DNA from: Anaeromyxobacter sp.
GTDB lineage: Bacteria > Myxococcota > Myxococcia > Myxococcales > Anaeromyxobacteraceae
Assembly (NCBI GenBank): GCA_049840735.1
Contig: JASGJN010000011.1
Location: 32,001-96,000 of the forward strand
Length of the DNA: 64,000 nt
Direction of reading: 5' to 3'
The position numbers and the translations under genes are program-made. Positions 39,659-50,927 of this stretch are shown here, piece by piece (within the stretch, counting starts at the first letter, position 1; each line of letters starts with the position of its first letter). The notes below the pieces were generated by a model. The model saw only the letters and a program-made list of their open reading frames with translations. It searched no databases and was not told the origin of the DNA.

Positions 39659-40930
39659 GTGACCTCCAGCCCCGAAGACGCCGCCCCCGCTGCCCGCCTC
39701 GCCTGGGCGCTCGGCCTGGCCGCGGCCGCCGTCGGGGCCGGCCTCTTGCTGGCCCTCGCCGCGAGCGGCGTCGCGGGCGGCTTCTTCGACGTCTCCGACG
39801 TCGGCCTCTACCACGCCTACGCCGCCGCCATCGACGCCGGCCGGCGCCCCTTCCTCGACTTCCCGGCCGAGTACCCGCCGCTCGCGCTCCGGCTGCTGGC
39901 CGCGCCCGGGCACCCGGCCGCCGCCGGCGACTACGCCCGCTGGTTCGCCGGCTGGATGCTGCTCTCGCTGCTCGCGGCCGGCGCGCTGGTCACCGCCGCC
40001 GCGGGACGCGGCGCCCGCAGCCGCCGCCCCGCGCTCGTCACCGCCTGCGCCTTCGGCCTCTCGCTGCCGCTGCTCGGCGCCATCGTGGCCAACCGCTTCG
40101 ACGCGCTGGTCGCGCTGGCCCTGGCCGGCTTCGCCTGGTCCGCCGCCGCCCGCCGCTGGGGGTGGGCCGGCGCGGCCCTGGGGCTCGGCGCAGCCGTGAA
40201 GCTCACCCCCGCCGTCCTCCTCCCGCTGGCCCTGCTGCTGGCCGCCGACCGCCGCGCCCGCGGCCGCGCGCTGCTGGCCTTCGGCGCCGCCGCGCTCCTC
40301 CCCTGGCTGGCGGAGGGCGCCGCCGCCGGCCCGGCCCTGCTGGCCCTGGTGCGCTTCCACGGCGCGCGGCCGCTGCAGGCCGAGAGCGTGCTGGCCACGC
40401 CGGCGCTGCTGGCCCACCTGGCCGGCCTGTGGGAGGTCCACACCGGCAGCGCCTTCGGCTCGCAGTTCGTGGCCGCGCCCGGGGCCGGCGCGCTGGCCCG
40501 GCTCTCCGGCCCGCTGGCGCTGGCCCTGCTGGCGCTGGTGTACGGGCTGGCGTGGCGGGCGCGCGCGCGGCTGCGCGCGGCGCCGGGCGGCGCGGCGCTG
40601 GCGGCCACCGCGGCGCTGCTGGCGCTGCTGGTGCCGGCCAAGGTCCTCTCGCCGCAGTACCTGGTCTGGCTGCTGCCGCTGGCCGCCTGGCTGGCGCCGC
40701 ACGCGCCGCGGCTGGCGGGGCTGCTGGCGGGCGTGCTGCTCCTCACGCACCTCGAGTTCCCGGCGCGCTACTGGCGCTTCGTCCGGCTGGAGCCGGGGCC
40801 GGTCGGGCTGGTGGTGGCGCGCAACCTGGCGCTGGCGGCCGCGCTGGCCTGGGCGCTGGTGCTGCTGGCCCGCGAGGCGCGGGCCGCGCCGCCTTCGGCT
40901 CAGGGCTCCGACGCGCCGCCGCGCGGGTAG
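39659..40930 (+). CDS. GT87 / DUF2029-like polytopic glycosyltransferase
   Basis: DV.LY, PF.DF..EYPP, RFD, K..P, KVLSPQY..WL. Confidence 0.8.
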   Translation: MTSSPEDAAPAARLAWALGLAAAAVGAGLLLALAASGVAGGFFDVSDVGLYHAYAAAIDAGRRPFLDFPAEYPPLALRLLAAPGHPAAAGDYARWFAGWMLLSLLAAGALVTAAAGRGARSRRPALVTACAFGLSLPLLGAIVANRFDALVALALAGFAWSAAARRWGWAGAALGLGAAVKLTPAVLLPLALLLAADRRARGRALLAFGAAALLPWLAEGAAAGPALLALVRFHGARPLQAESVLATPALLAHLAGLWEVHTGSAFGSQFVAAPGAGALARLSGPLALALLALVYGLAWRARARLRAAPGGAALAATAALLALLVPAKVLSPQYLVWLLPLAAWLAPHAPRLAGLLAGVLLLTHLEFPARYWRFVRLEPGPVGLVVARNLALAAALAWALVLLAREARAAPPSAQGSDAPPRG

Positions 40931-41316
40931 GTGTCGGCGGCCCAGCGCAGCGCCTTGACCAGGCGCGGCTCGTCGAAGGGCTTCTGCAGGAAGCAGCAGG
41001 CGCCGGCCGCCATCATCTCCTGCTCGCTTCCGAACCGGCCCGAGACCGCCACCACCGGCAGCGTGTGCACCGCCGGGTTGGGCGAGGTGCGGGTCCAGCG
41101 GATGAACTCGGCCCCGGTGATGCCGGCCAGGATCTGGTCCACCACCGCCACCTGCACGTCCTGCTGCATCACCAGCCGGATGGCCTCCTCGCCGCTGGTC
41201 GCGATCACCGGCTCGAAGCCGGCCGCCGCGGCGATGTCGGAGATCATGCTGCGGGTGAGGGCGTTGTCGTCCACCACCAGGATGCGTCGGCGCTGGGGCT
41301 CGGAGGAGGACGTCAC
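40900..41316 (-). CDS. Single-domain response regulator
   Basis: ILVVDD, phospho-acceptor D (VVDQ), KPF. Confidence 0.85.
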   Translation of the reverse strand: MTSSSEPQRRRILVVDDNALTRSMISDIAAAAGFEPVIATSGEEAIRLVMQQDVQVAVVDQILAGITGAEFIRWTRTSPNPAVHTLPVVAVSGRFGSEQEMMAAGACCFLQKPFDEPRLVKALRWAADTYPRGGASEP

Positions 41317-41468
41317 CGGGTCACGCTACGCGCGAAGGGGGGCGCGGCGCCAGCCGCAAGATCATGGCACGGTCCCCTGCCGCAAGGCGAAGCGCCGCGG
41401 TAGGGGACCGCGGGGGACCGGGGCCGGGCGTGCAGGCGCCCGCCGCTCCGAGTGAAATCCCGCCGGCC

Positions 41469-41651
41469 TCAGTCGTCCTGCCGCCCCACCGCCACGGCGT
41501 AGCCGCCGGGCTCCTCCTCCACTGCGTGCACCACCCATGGGCGACAGCAGACGGGGCAGTCCTCCACGTACGTCTGCGACTCGCCGCCGCCCGGATCGAC
41601 GAAGATGGTGACCAGCTCGCCGCAGTACGGGCACTCGACCTCGGTGTCCAC
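41469..41651 (-). CDS. CPXCG motif cysteine-rich small protein
   Basis: CPYCGE...YVEDCPVCCRP; GGAGGGAG RBS. Confidence 0.88.
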   Translation of the reverse strand: MDTEVECPYCGELVTIFVDPGGGESQTYVEDCPVCCRPWVVHAVEEEPGGYAVAVGRQDD

Positions 41652-41704
41652 GCGCTCCCTCCGCCGGCCGCACGGACCGCGGCCCGCTCCGTTATAGTCC
41701 GTCC

Positions 41705-42374
41705 GTGGCCCAGAAGCCGTTCAACAACCCCTTCGGAAAGCTCAAGGATTCTCGCGAAGCAGGCCCGGGCCGAGCCCCGCCCGGCCCCGCGCCCGCCGCC
41801 CCCGCCCGCCCCGCCGCCGCCGCCGCGCGAGGCCACCGAGGACGAGCTCTGGGCGCAGGCCACCACCGGTGTCCGCAAGGTGGAGCCCGGCGCCGGCACG
41901 GTGCCGCCCCCGCCGCCCCCGGTGGCCGCGGGCGAGGTCTGGCACCCGGACCTGGAGGCCATCGACGCGCTCCGCGCCCTGGTCTCGGGCGACGCGCCGT
42001 TCGACATCGCCGACGGGGACGAGTTCATCGAGGGGCGCGTCAGCGGCCTGGACGCCGCGGTGGTGCGGAAGCTCCGGCGCGGCGAGTTCGCGGTGCAGGG
42101 GCACGTGGACCTGCACGGCCTCACGCGCGAGGAGGCCCGGCACACCGTGGACGACTTCCTGCGCCGCGCGCGCCTGGCGGGCAAGCGCTGCGTGCTGGTG
42201 GTGCACGGCCGCGGGATCCACTCCAGGGATCACCTGCCGGTGCTCAAGGACGCGCTGCGCACCTGGCTCGCGACCAACCGCTTCTCGCGCCACGTGCTGG
42301 CCTTCGCCACCGCGCGGCCGGTGGATGGAGGGGGCGGCGCCGTCTACGTGCTGCTGCGACGCGCGGGGCGGTAG
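41705..42374 (+). CDS. Smr/MutS2 domain protein; frameshift near 41750
   Basis: KPFNNPF N-terminus, DLHG, VHGRG, GG.GA.YVLL. Confidence 0.88.
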
Positions 42375-42416
42375 GGCGGAGAACGCTCGCAACGAGGGCC
42401 CACCGGCCCGACGGCG

Positions 42417-42527
42417 CCCTTCGGCTCCGCCGCGGCGTCGCCGCGGCTACGCTTCAGGGCGAACGGCCTACCCTGGCCCGTTCGGGCTGAGCGTAGCGAG
42501 CCCGCAGGGCTCGCGGAGTCGAAGCCC
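42417..42527. repeat. Inverted pair of family A repeats
   Basis: Reverse copy 42417-42466 and forward copy 42478-42527 between convergent genes. Confidence 0.82.
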
Positions 42528-42557
42528 AGCGCCTGACGCTCGGCGCGTGTGCGGCGC

Positions 42558-43250
42558 TCAGCCCCGCGCCACGTCCTCGGCGATGGCCCGCGCCGCGGCG
42601 GCGGGGTCCTTCCCCTCGCGCAGCGGGCGGCCGACCACGATCACGTCCGCGCCGGCGCGCACCGCCGTCCCCGGCGTGGCCACGCGCGACTGGTCGCCCA
42701 GCGCGGCCCCGGCCGGCCGCACGCCCGGCACCACCAGCAGCGGCCCCGGCCCCACCTCGGCCCGCACCGCCTCGACCTCCTGCGGCGAGCAGACCAGCCC
42801 GCCCGCCCCGGCGTCCACCGCCAGCCGCGCCAGGCGCAGCACCGCCGCCTCCGGCGGGCCGACCAGGCCCACCGCGTCCAGCGTGGCCGCGTCCAGGCTG
42901 GTGAGCACCGTCACCGCCAGCACCCGCACCCCCGGCCCGGCGCCCTTGACCGCGGCGCGGATCATGGCCTCGCCGCCGGCCGCGTGGACCGTGAGCAGCT
43001 GCGCACCGCTGGCGGCGGCCGTCCGGGCCGCGCCCTCCACGGTGTTGGGGATGTCGTGGAGCTTCAGGTCCAGGAAGATGGGCTTGCCCAGCCCGGCCAG
43101 CGCGCGCACCGCCGGCGGCCCCTCGGCCACGAACAGCTCCAGGCCGACCTTGAGCATCCCCACGTGCGGGGCGATGGCGCGGGCGAACGGCTCCGCCTGC
43201 GCCAGCGTGGGGAAGTCGAGGGCGGCGCAGATGCGGTCGGAGGGCGTCAT
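42558..43250 (-). CDS. pyrF: Orotidine-5'-phosphate decarboxylase
   Basis: [34 protein letters not shown]. Confidence 0.97.
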   Translation of the reverse strand: MTPSDRICAALDFPTLAQAEPFARAIAPHVGMLKVGLELFVAEGPPAVRALAGLGKPIFLDLKLHDIPNTVEGAARTAAASGAQLLTVHAAGGEAMIRAAVKGAGPGVRVLAVTVLTSLDAATLDAVGLVGPPEAAVLRLARLAVDAGAGGLVCSPQEVEAVRAEVGPGPLLVVPGVRPAGAALGDQSRVATPGTAVRAGADVIVVGRPLREGKDPAAAARAIAEDVARG

Positions 43251-44530
43251 GGCTTTCCCATCTGCATGCGGCCCACCTCGCGCAGCAGCGCGTCGGCCTC
43301 GGCGCGGGGCAGGCAGTTCTTGACCTCGAAGAGCGCGAAGGCGAGCAGGTCCTCCAGCGCCTCCAGGGCCCGGGCCCGGGCCGCCGCCCCGCGGAACTGG
43401 CCGGTGGCGTTGACGTTGGCCAGCACCCGCGCCGCGTCCAGCTCGCCGCCCTCGCCGATGGTCACGCCTTCGAAGATGGGGCGGACCCGCGCCGGCAGCC
43501 GGTCGAAGTAGCTGTTGAGGCGGGCCCCGGCGTCCGGGTGGCCCGCCGAGAGCGCGGCGTGGACGCGCCGCAGGATGCGGCGGTAGGCGTCGAAGGGGCC
43601 GGCCGCCGCGGCCACCGGTGGGGAGGCAGGGCCCGGCGCCTCGGCCGCGGCCGCCTGGACCGGCGCCGCCAGCCCGGCGTCCACCAGCCCGCGCGCCGCG
43701 GTGAGCGCGTCGCGGAGCGGCAGCTCGGCCTCCAGCGCCGCGTCCTCCAGCGTGCGGGCGCCGTCCAGCGCCGCCAGCAGCGCCACCTGGTCGGCGGGCC
43801 GCCCCGCGCCGTCGCCGCCGCGGGCCAGGACCACCGCCCGCCCGCCCAGCCCCTGCGCCAGGCCGTCGACCTCCTCGACGCGCCGGATCCCCTCCAGCAG
43901 GAGGTCGCGGGTCCGCTGCTGCAGCCGGACCGCGTTCTGCTCGTCGGCCGGCCCCTCCAGGAAGGCGAAGGTGCCGCCCGGCTCGGTGAAGGCGGAGAGC
44001 AGGATCTCCTTCACCTGCAGCGCGATGCCGTCGAAGAGCTGCGCCGAGGTGAGGATCCCCTCGTCCACCAGCACCTGGCCGAGCGGGTGGTTGCTCCGCA
44101 CCAGGTGGGCGCAGCGCTCCAGGTCCGCCGCGCTGACCCGGCCCGCCCGCGCCAGCACCGCGCCCAGCCGGTCGGCCGGATTGGTGGACGAGGCGAAGAC
44201 CACCTGCCCGTCGCGGAAGTGGATGCTCTTGCGCCGCAGGCGGTGGGGCGCGGTCCTGCCAGGCGCCGCCCCCTCGCCGAAGGCCAGCAGCAGCACGCCG
44301 GTCCGCAGCGAGGTGAAGACGAACTGCACCACCTCGGCGACCGAGAGGGCCGCCAGCGAGCCGGCGAACCAGGCGCTGGGCGCGTCGCCCCGGGCCGGCG
44401 CCAGCAGCGCGAACGCGCCGTGCGCCGAGACCAGCTCGCCCTCGCCGCCGCCGATCAGGCCGAGCGCCTCGGCCTGGTCGGCCGGGAGCACCACCTCGCC
44501 ATCGGCCCCGATGCCCACGCGGATGCGCAC
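43247..44530 (-). CDS. DUF4388 domain protein with AbrB-like N-terminus
   Basis: GSL....EV.Q, TGVL, FRDG.VVFASS, RLG..L, G.F.F; ATGA overlap with pyrF. Confidence 0.78.
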   Translation of the reverse strand: MRIRVGIGADGEVVLPADQAEALGLIGGGEGELVSAHGAFALLAPARGDAPSAWFAGSLAALSVAEVVQFVFTSLRTGVLLLAFGEGAAPGRTAPHRLRRKSIHFRDGQVVFASSTNPADRLGAVLARAGRVSAADLERCAHLVRSNHPLGQVLVDEGILTSAQLFDGIALQVKEILLSAFTEPGGTFAFLEGPADEQNAVRLQQRTRDLLLEGIRRVEEVDGLAQGLGGRAVVLARGGDGAGRPADQVALLAALDGARTLEDAALEAELPLRDALTAARGLVDAGLAAPVQAAAAEAPGPASPPVAAAAGPFDAYRRILRRVHAALSAGHPDAGARLNSYFDRLPARVRPIFEGVTIGEGGELDAARVLANVNATGQFRGAAARARALEALEDLLAFALFEVKNCLPRAEADALLREVGRMQMGKP

Positions 44531-44596
44531 GTGCTTGCGTCCTTTCTCCGCAGGGGCGGGCCGCCGGAGGCCCGGCCCCCCCCGGGCGTCCTCGAC

Positions 44597-46318
44597 TCAG
44601 CCGGCGCGCACCTGCGCGGCGACCTTCTTCGCCACCTCGGCCAGCGGCACCAGCTCCACCGCCCCGCCCTGGCGCAGCTTCCACTCGGCGTTGCCGCCAG
44701 CCAGGCCCTTCTTGCCCACCGAGATGCGGATGGGGATGCCGATCAGGTCGGCGTCCTTGAACTTCACGCCGGCGCGCTCGTCGCGGTCGTCGTACAGGAC
44801 CTCGACGCCCGCGGCGGCCAGCTCCGCCACCAGCTGCTCGGCGGCCGCCTTGAGCTCGGGCTCAGGCCCCAGCGTCAGCACGGTGGCCTGGAACGGCGCG
44901 ATGGCCAGGGGCCAGACGATGCCGTTGTCGTCGTGGTGCAGCTCGATGGCGGCGGCCAGGATGCGCTCCACGCCGATGCCGTAGCTGCCCATCACGATGG
45001 GCACCTGCTTGCCCTCGGCGTCGAGCACGGTGGCCCGCATCGACTCGGAGTACTTGGTGCCGAGCTTGAAGATGTGCCCGACCTCCAGCGCCTTGAAGAC
45101 GTCCAGCACCCCGTCGCAGCGCGGGCAGCCCTCACCGGCCTTCACGGTGCGCAGCTCGGCCAGCGTGGCGCCGTGCGCCAGCAGGTCGCGCTTCACCGAG
45201 ACGCCGCGCAGGTGGAAGCCGTCCTCGTTGGCGCCGGTGACCATGTCGGTCCGGTCGGCCAGCGAGGGGTCGACGAAGACCTTGGCCTTGCGGAACTGGA
45301 CCGCGCCCAGCGAGCCGGCCCGCGCGCCCATCAGCGGCGGGATCTCCTCCGGGTGCGCCGGGCGCACCTCCACCGCGCCGGTGGCGGTCATGAGCTTGGC
45401 CTCGTTCAGCTCCTGGTCGCCGCGGACCACGGCCACCACCAGCTTCTCGTCCGCCATGTAGACCAGCGTCTTGAGCTGCTTCTTCGCCGGGACGCCGTAG
45501 GGGGCCGCCGCCAGCGCCTCGATGGTCACCACGCCCGGCGTGGCGAACTTCTCCGGCGCCGCCGGTCCGGCCTGGTCGGCCTCGGCGGGCAGCTTCGAGG
45601 TGGCGGTCTCGGTGTTGGCCGCGTAGCGGCACTTCGGACAGGCCGCCACCAGGTCCTCGCCGGCCTCGGTCCGCACCATGAACTCGGAGGACTCGCTGCC
45701 GCCCATCGAGCCGGAGTGGGCCTGCACGGCCACGAAGTCGAGGCCGCAGCGGGTGAAGATCTTCTCGTAGGCCTGGCGCTGGTCCTCGTAGCGCAGGTCG
45801 AGGCCGGCCCGGTCCACGTCGAAGGAGTAGGCGTCCTTCATGGTGAACTGCCGGACGCGCAGGAGCCCGGACTTGGGGCGCGGCTCGTCGCGGAACTTGG
45901 TCTGGATTCGGTACCAGACCTGCGGCAGCTGCCGGTAGGAGCGCAGCTCGTCGCGGGCCACGGCGGTGAAGATCTCCTCGTGCGTCATGCCGAGGCAGTA
46001 GTCGCCGTTCTTCCGGTCCTTGAGCCGGAACATGTTGTCGCCCATGACGTCCCAGCGGCCGGACTCCTTCCAGATCTCCGCCGGGTGGAGCGCCGGGAGG
46101 TAGAACTCCTGGGCGCCGATGGCCTCCATCTCGTCCCGGACGATGGCCTCGATCTTGTTGAGGGCCCGCTTGGCGAGCGGCAGGTAGTCGTAGATGCCCG
46201 AGCCGAGCTGGCGGATGAAGCCGGCCCGGACCAGCAGCTTGTGGCTGGGCACCTGGGCGTCGGCGGGGGCTTCCTTCAGGGTAGGGATGAAGGCCTGGCT
46301 GTGGCGGACGACTCGCAT
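44597..46318 (-). CDS. proS: Proline--tRNA ligase (bacterial type with editing domain)
   Basis: [38 protein letters not shown]. Confidence 0.98.
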   Translation of the reverse strand: MRVVRHSQAFIPTLKEAPADAQVPSHKLLVRAGFIRQLGSGIYDYLPLAKRALNKIEAIVRDEMEAIGAQEFYLPALHPAEIWKESGRWDVMGDNMFRLKDRKNGDYCLGMTHEEIFTAVARDELRSYRQLPQVWYRIQTKFRDEPRPKSGLLRVRQFTMKDAYSFDVDRAGLDLRYEDQRQAYEKIFTRCGLDFVAVQAHSGSMGGSESSEFMVRTEAGEDLVAACPKCRYAANTETATSKLPAEADQAGPAAPEKFATPGVVTIEALAAAPYGVPAKKQLKTLVYMADEKLVVAVVRGDQELNEAKLMTATGAVEVRPAHPEEIPPLMGARAGSLGAVQFRKAKVFVDPSLADRTDMVTGANEDGFHLRGVSVKRDLLAHGATLAELRTVKAGEGCPRCDGVLDVFKALEVGHIFKLGTKYSESMRATVLDAEGKQVPIVMGSYGIGVERILAAAIELHHDDNGIVWPLAIAPFQATVLTLGPEPELKAAAEQLVAELAAAGVEVLYDDRDERAGVKFKDADLIGIPIRISVGKKGLAGGNAEWKLRQGGAVELVPLAEVAKKVAAQVRAG

Positions 46319-46344
46319 GGTCCGGGGGTTATACACTGGAACAA

Positions 46345-46740
46345 GTGAACGCGCGTTCCAGACCTGCCCCCCTCTTCCTGGCCGCAGCGGCGGTCCTCCT
46401 GGTCGCAGGGGCCGCGGCCGGACTCCTGGGCCCGGCAGCCAGCCTGCTCGACGCCGGCGGGCGGGCCCCGGCCGCCGCCGCCCCCAGCCCGCCCCCTACC
46501 CCGGCCGAGGCGACGCCGGCGCTGGTGGCGGAGGGCCAGGCCGTCTTCGCGCGCCGCTGCGAGCACTGCCACCGCGACGTGCCGCTGGAGCGGCGGGTCC
46601 GGGGGTGGGACCTGGCGCGCGCCCACGACGCGGTGGGCCGGCTGGACCAGCTCACGCCGCTCATGCCGCCGTTCCGCGGCACCGAGGCCGAGCGCCGGGC
46701 GCTGGCCGCCTACCTGGCCGCGCTGGGCCAGGCGCACTGA
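46345..46740 (+). CDS. Monoheme c-type cytochrome
   Basis: Signal/TM segment, CEHCH, MPPF axial Met, ALAAYL. Confidence 0.8.
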   Translation: MNARSRPAPLFLAAAAVLLVAGAAAGLLGPAASLLDAGGRAPAAAAPSPPPTPAEATPALVAEGQAVFARRCEHCHRDVPLERRVRGWDLARAHDAVGRLDQLTPLMPPFRGTEAERRALAAYLAALGQAH

Positions 46741-46944
46741 GGAGCCGCGCCCGCGGTCCGGCGCCGCGCTCCCGACACCGCGCCCATGCGCGGTGGGTCC
46801 GGCACACTGTCACACTCACAGTCCGGGCCGTCCCGCGGCCTCCCTTTCGGGCGTCCCGAGGAGACCGGGGAACCTTCACTCCCAGAGAGTGCTACCCTCG
46901 GCCGGTCGTGCGTTGGCCAGACCTTTTCTCACCTGGGAGTGTCC

Positions 46945-48365
46945 ATGCGTCGAATCGTGCTCGCGGCAGCCTTCGCTGCCCTCCTCGCCTGCAGCAGCAG
47001 CAGTGACTCCGGACCGAAGGCCGCCGCCACGGTCGAAGATCGCGGCTCCATGCAGCTCGGCCAGTTCCTCCCCGCCGGCACCGACGCCGAGGACGTCGCC
47101 ATGCCCGGCGCCCGGAACGTGTGGGACTTCTACCCGGACCTGGGCCTGGCCGACGGGGGCGACGACCAGTTCGACGGCGCCCTGCAGCTGGCGGTCGGCA
47201 CGCTCCCCACGCAGCCGCCCACCTTCGACAGCCTGGAGGCCGAGCGCGTGGAGCTGGAGTGGTACGGCGACGTCGACTTCACCTACGACGAGCTCACCTT
47301 CGGCCAGCCGCTGATGGGCAGCGGCGACGGGCTGGTCCCGGTGGCGCTCACCAACGCCGACTGGGCCGTCAGCGGCGACGTCACCGCCTTCCTCTCCCCC
47401 TCTGCCGCCACCGTGGTCCGCACCACCATCGACCTGACGGACGCGGTGGCGCCCATCTCGCTCTCGGCGTTCCGGGCCTACGAGCTGCCCGACGTGGACT
47501 CCGGCACGCTGCCCTACGGGGCGTACTTCGTGGTCACCCTCCGCAACGCCAGCAACCACGAGCTGCTGGAGACGCTCGAGGACGCCGGTCCGGGAGACAG
47601 CGCCGACGAGGTCGCCACCGTCGACGTGTCGGCCTACGCCGGCCAGCGCATCGAGCTGCAGGTGGAGTACCGCGGCTGGTGGGGCGCCTACCTCGACGAC
47701 GTGCACTGCGTCGACGACAACGCGGCAGAGTACGTGACCAACGGCGACTTCGAGGCCGGCACGACGCAGGGGTGGAACGCCTCCATGACGGCCAAGACGC
47801 CCTACGCGTTCTACGCCGCGGCCCGCACCGCGGCCGGCCTGGAGATTCGCGCGAGTTCTACACCAAGCCCAAGCTGGACTGGGGCCGCTTCGCCGACACC
47901 TTCCACAACCCCACCGAGGCAGACATCACGGTGGACGCGCTCTACTTCACGAACCTCGGCTCCGACGACAACGGCATGATCTACGCCACGCCGGGCGCCA
48001 CCGGGTCGCTGACCAGCTGGGACACCACCCGCGCCGGCGGCGCCGGCGACTACGGTGATCGCGACGTGGCCATCGTCTACGGCGAGGGCACGGCCTACTT
48101 CGTCCCGGTGGCCACGTTCAACGGCGGGGACGGCAACGACGACATCTACATCTTGCACCACATCACCGTGCCCGCCGGCGGCGACGTCACGCTGGTCCAC
48201 TTCGTCGTGCTGGGCGGCGACGACACCGGCCTCACCGCCACCGACCTGACCGCCCAGGCCACCGCGGTGGACGCCATCGCGGCCGGGATCGCCAACCACC
48301 CGTCCGACGCGAAGTACCGCGACTACCTCTCCGACGCCGCCAAGGCCTCGGTGACAAACTTCTAG
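46945..48365 (+). CDS. Acidic hypothetical lipoprotein; frameshift near 47846
   Basis: Lipobox LLAC, Asp/Thr-rich beta-type sequence (VTNGDFE, NLGSD); strong codon bias across two frames. Confidence 0.75.
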
Positions 48366-48383
48366 GCAGCGCCTGCACCGAGC

Positions 48384-48425
48384 CGGGGCGGGGGATCTCG
48401 CGAATCCCTCGCCCCGCTTGCTTTT
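48384..48425 (+). terminator. Rho-independent terminator
   Basis: CGGGGCG.GGGAT...ATCCC.CGCCCCG stem followed by TTGCTTTT. Confidence 0.65.
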
Positions 48426-48445
48426 CAGGCGCCCTGGGCGCCCAT

Positions 48446-48472
48446 CCGTTCGCCCTGAGCCTGACGAAGGGC
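48446..48472 (+). repeat. Family A repeat, short form
   Basis: CCGTTCGCCCTGAGCCTGACGAAGGGC, one mismatch to 26177-26203. Confidence 0.8.
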
Positions 48473-48482
48473 GGACGGGCCG

Positions 48483-49592
48483 CTACTTCGCCGCCCGCTC
48501 CGCGGCCAGCTTGAGCGCCTCGCCCACCAGGGCGTCCTCCAGCTCCTCGGCCTTCATGCGCTTCACGATCTGGCCGTCCTTGAAGAGCAGCCCCACGCCG
48601 CCGTGGCCGTAGGCCACGCCCACGTCGGCGGCCGAGGCCTCGCCGGGCCCGTTCACCTCGCAGCCCATCACCGCCACCGAGACCTCGCCCTTCACGGTGG
48701 AGAGCCGCTTCTCCACCCGCTCGGCGATGGGGATCATCTCCACCGAGCAGCGGCCGCAGGTGGGGCAGGAGGTGAGGGTGGCGCCCCCGAACTTGAGCCC
48801 CAGCGACTTGAGCAGCATGCGCGCGACGCGCACCTCCTCCACCGGGTCGGCGGTGAGCGAGATGCGGATGGTGTCGCCGATCCCCTCGGCCAGCAGGATG
48901 CCCAGGCCGGCCGAGCTCTTGACGGTCCCGGCCAGCAGCGTGCCCGCCTCGGTGATGCCGAGGTGGAGCGGGTAGTCGAACCGCTGCGAGAAGAGCCGGT
49001 TGGCCTGCACGGTCATGGCGATGTCGTGCGCCTTGAGCGAGACCTTGATCTCCCGGTAGTCCTCGTCCTCCAGGAACCGGATGTGCCGCTCGGCGCTCTC
49101 CACCATGCCGGCCGCGGTGGGCCAGCCGTGCTTCTCGACGATGTCCTTCTCCAGCGAGCCGGCGTTGACGCCGATGCGGATGGGGACCATCCGCTCGCGC
49201 GCCGCCTTGACCACCTCGCGCACGCGCTCGCGCGAGCCGATGTTGCCGGGGTTGAGCCGGATGCCCTGGATGCCCGCCGAGAGGGCCGAGAGCGCCAGCC
49301 GGTAGTCGAAGTGGATGTCCGCCACCAGCGGCACCGGGGTGGCCTTCACGATGGCCGGCAGCGCCGCCGCGGCGTCCTTGTTCGGCACCGCCAGCCGGAC
49401 CACGTCCGCGCCGGCCTCGGCCAGGGCGCGGATCTGCGCCAGCGTGGCCGCGGCGTCGGCCGTGTCGGTGGTGGTCATCGACTGCACCGCGATGGGCGCG
49501 TCCCCGCCAATCGGCACCCCGCCCACCTGGATCCGGCGGGTGGGACGGCGGACCCCCAGCGTGGAACCTTCCCCCTGACCGTAAGCACCCAT
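48483..49592 (-). CDS. ispG: HMBPP synthase IspG
   Basis: VQSMT, ADIHF, R.NPGN, IRIGVNAGSL, CPTCGR, GC.VNGPGE. Confidence 0.97.
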   Translation of the reverse strand: MGAYGQGEGSTLGVRRPTRRIQVGGVPIGGDAPIAVQSMTTTDTADAAATLAQIRALAEAGADVVRLAVPNKDAAAALPAIVKATPVPLVADIHFDYRLALSALSAGIQGIRLNPGNIGSRERVREVVKAARERMVPIRIGVNAGSLEKDIVEKHGWPTAAGMVESAERHIRFLEDEDYREIKVSLKAHDIAMTVQANRLFSQRFDYPLHLGITEAGTLLAGTVKSSAGLGILLAEGIGDTIRISLTADPVEEVRVARMLLKSLGLKFGGATLTSCPTCGRCSVEMIPIAERVEKRLSTVKGEVSVAVMGCEVNGPGEASAADVGVAYGHGGVGLLFKDGQIVKRMKAEELEDALVGEALKLAAERAAK

Positions 49593-49685
49593 TGAACGCG
49601 GACTCCTTGCTCGAAATGGCCACGGCGGCCGGCCCTGGTTCTAGGGCTCGGCCGCCGCGGATGCCACTGCGACAGAAGCGACCAG

Positions 49686-50736
49686 CTACTTCTTGGCGAC
49701 GCCCCCGCCCAGCTCCTCGTCGATGACCTTCTTGAACTGCTCGAGCGGGAGGGCGCCGGAGAAGAAGCGGCCGTTGATGACGAAGGCCGGCGTGCCGCTC
49801 ACGCCAATCTCCTCGCCCGCGTCCACGTGGGCCTGGACCACCTTGGCCTTGTCGCCGCCGTCCAGGCACTTGTCGAACTTGTCGCCGTCCAGCGACAGCT
49901 CGCGGGCGTAGGCCTTCAGCCGGTCCACGGCCAGGTCGCCGTTCACGGCGAAGAGCTTCGCGTGCATCTCCCAGTACTTGCCCTGGTCCTCGGCGCAGTA
50001 GGCCGCCTCGGAGGCCTTCTGGGCCAGCGAGTGCATGGGCAGCGGGAAGTCGCGGTACACCAGCCGGACCTTGTCCTTGTACTCCTGCAGCACCTGCTTC
50101 ACGACCGGCTCGGCGCGGGCGCAGTAGGGGCACTGGAAGTCGGAGAACTCGACGATGGTGACCTTGGCGCCGGAGGGGCCGGTGCTCGGGCCCTCGGCCT
50201 TCACCTTCACCGGCTCGGGCTTGTAGTCGCCCATCAGGATCTTCGACGCCGGCCTTGTCCTTGAGGTCCTTCAGGTACTTCTCGCCGGCCTGCGAGGCCT
50301 TCTGCTTCGTCACGTACTCGGCGATCTGGTCCCGCACCTGCTCGTAGGGCGGCAGCTGCTGCCCGCTCATCGCCGCCTGCTGGTAGAGCATCCTCAGCTC
50401 GTCCTCGCTGGGCGGCTGGACGGAGGCGGCCATCTCCTCCTGGATCTTCTTCTTGTAGTCCTCCACCGACAGGCCGGCGTCCTTGGCGTTCTTCTCGAGC
50501 ATCCGGTCGATGACCAGGCGCTCCAGGACCTGCCGGCGGGCGTTCCAGACCTGCTCCTGGTGCTCGCGCTCCATGCCGGCGAGCTGGCCGCGCGCCTTCT
50601 TGTCGAGCTCGGCGGAGGTGATCTTCTGGCCGCCGATCTTGGCGACCACGTCGGAGTCGGCCTTGGAGCGGCAGGCGGCGGCGGCGCCGGCGACGAGCAC
50701 GAGCGCGCCGATCAGCAAACGATGACGGTTCTGCAT
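49686..50736 (-). CDS. DsbA/thioredoxin-fold lipoprotein with SurA-like N-terminus; frameshift near 50242
   Basis: EFSDFQCPYC, DFPL..H, GTP; lipobox AAAC. Confidence 0.9.
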
Positions 50737-50927
50737 GGAACTCCCGGGAGGGGCGGCTAGGGTGAGAGGGACCCGGTCAGATAGCGCCAACCGGGTGCCA
50801 GGTCAATGCGCCACAGCGTGACCGGGGCGCGTTCCAGGAGAACCCACGGCGCCGGGATTCATTTCGCGCTGCGTCCGCCCGGCCCCCTGCCCGTCCCTCC
50901 CCCGGGCCGGAGGGCCCGGGCTGCCGC

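Noticed and set aside
11083..41403. Very long Arg/Gly/Ala-rich ORFs (e.g. 11083..14319, 20090..23785, 37549..41403)
   Set aside because: Shadow ORFs antisense or off-frame to recognisable genes, expected at this GC content
38865..46900. c-di-AMP riboswitch-like fragments (CCCG..AGGAG..CCGGGGAAC...CTACCC) at about 38870-38925 (-) and 46853-46900 (+)
   Set aside because: The GGGGTGAA and downstream conserved blocks are missing; the similarity is short and may be chance
50786..50800. Sigma-54-like site TGGCACCCGGTTGGC on the minus strand upstream of the DsbA-like gene
   Set aside because: Spacing fits but the -12 element is non-consensus; too weak to call
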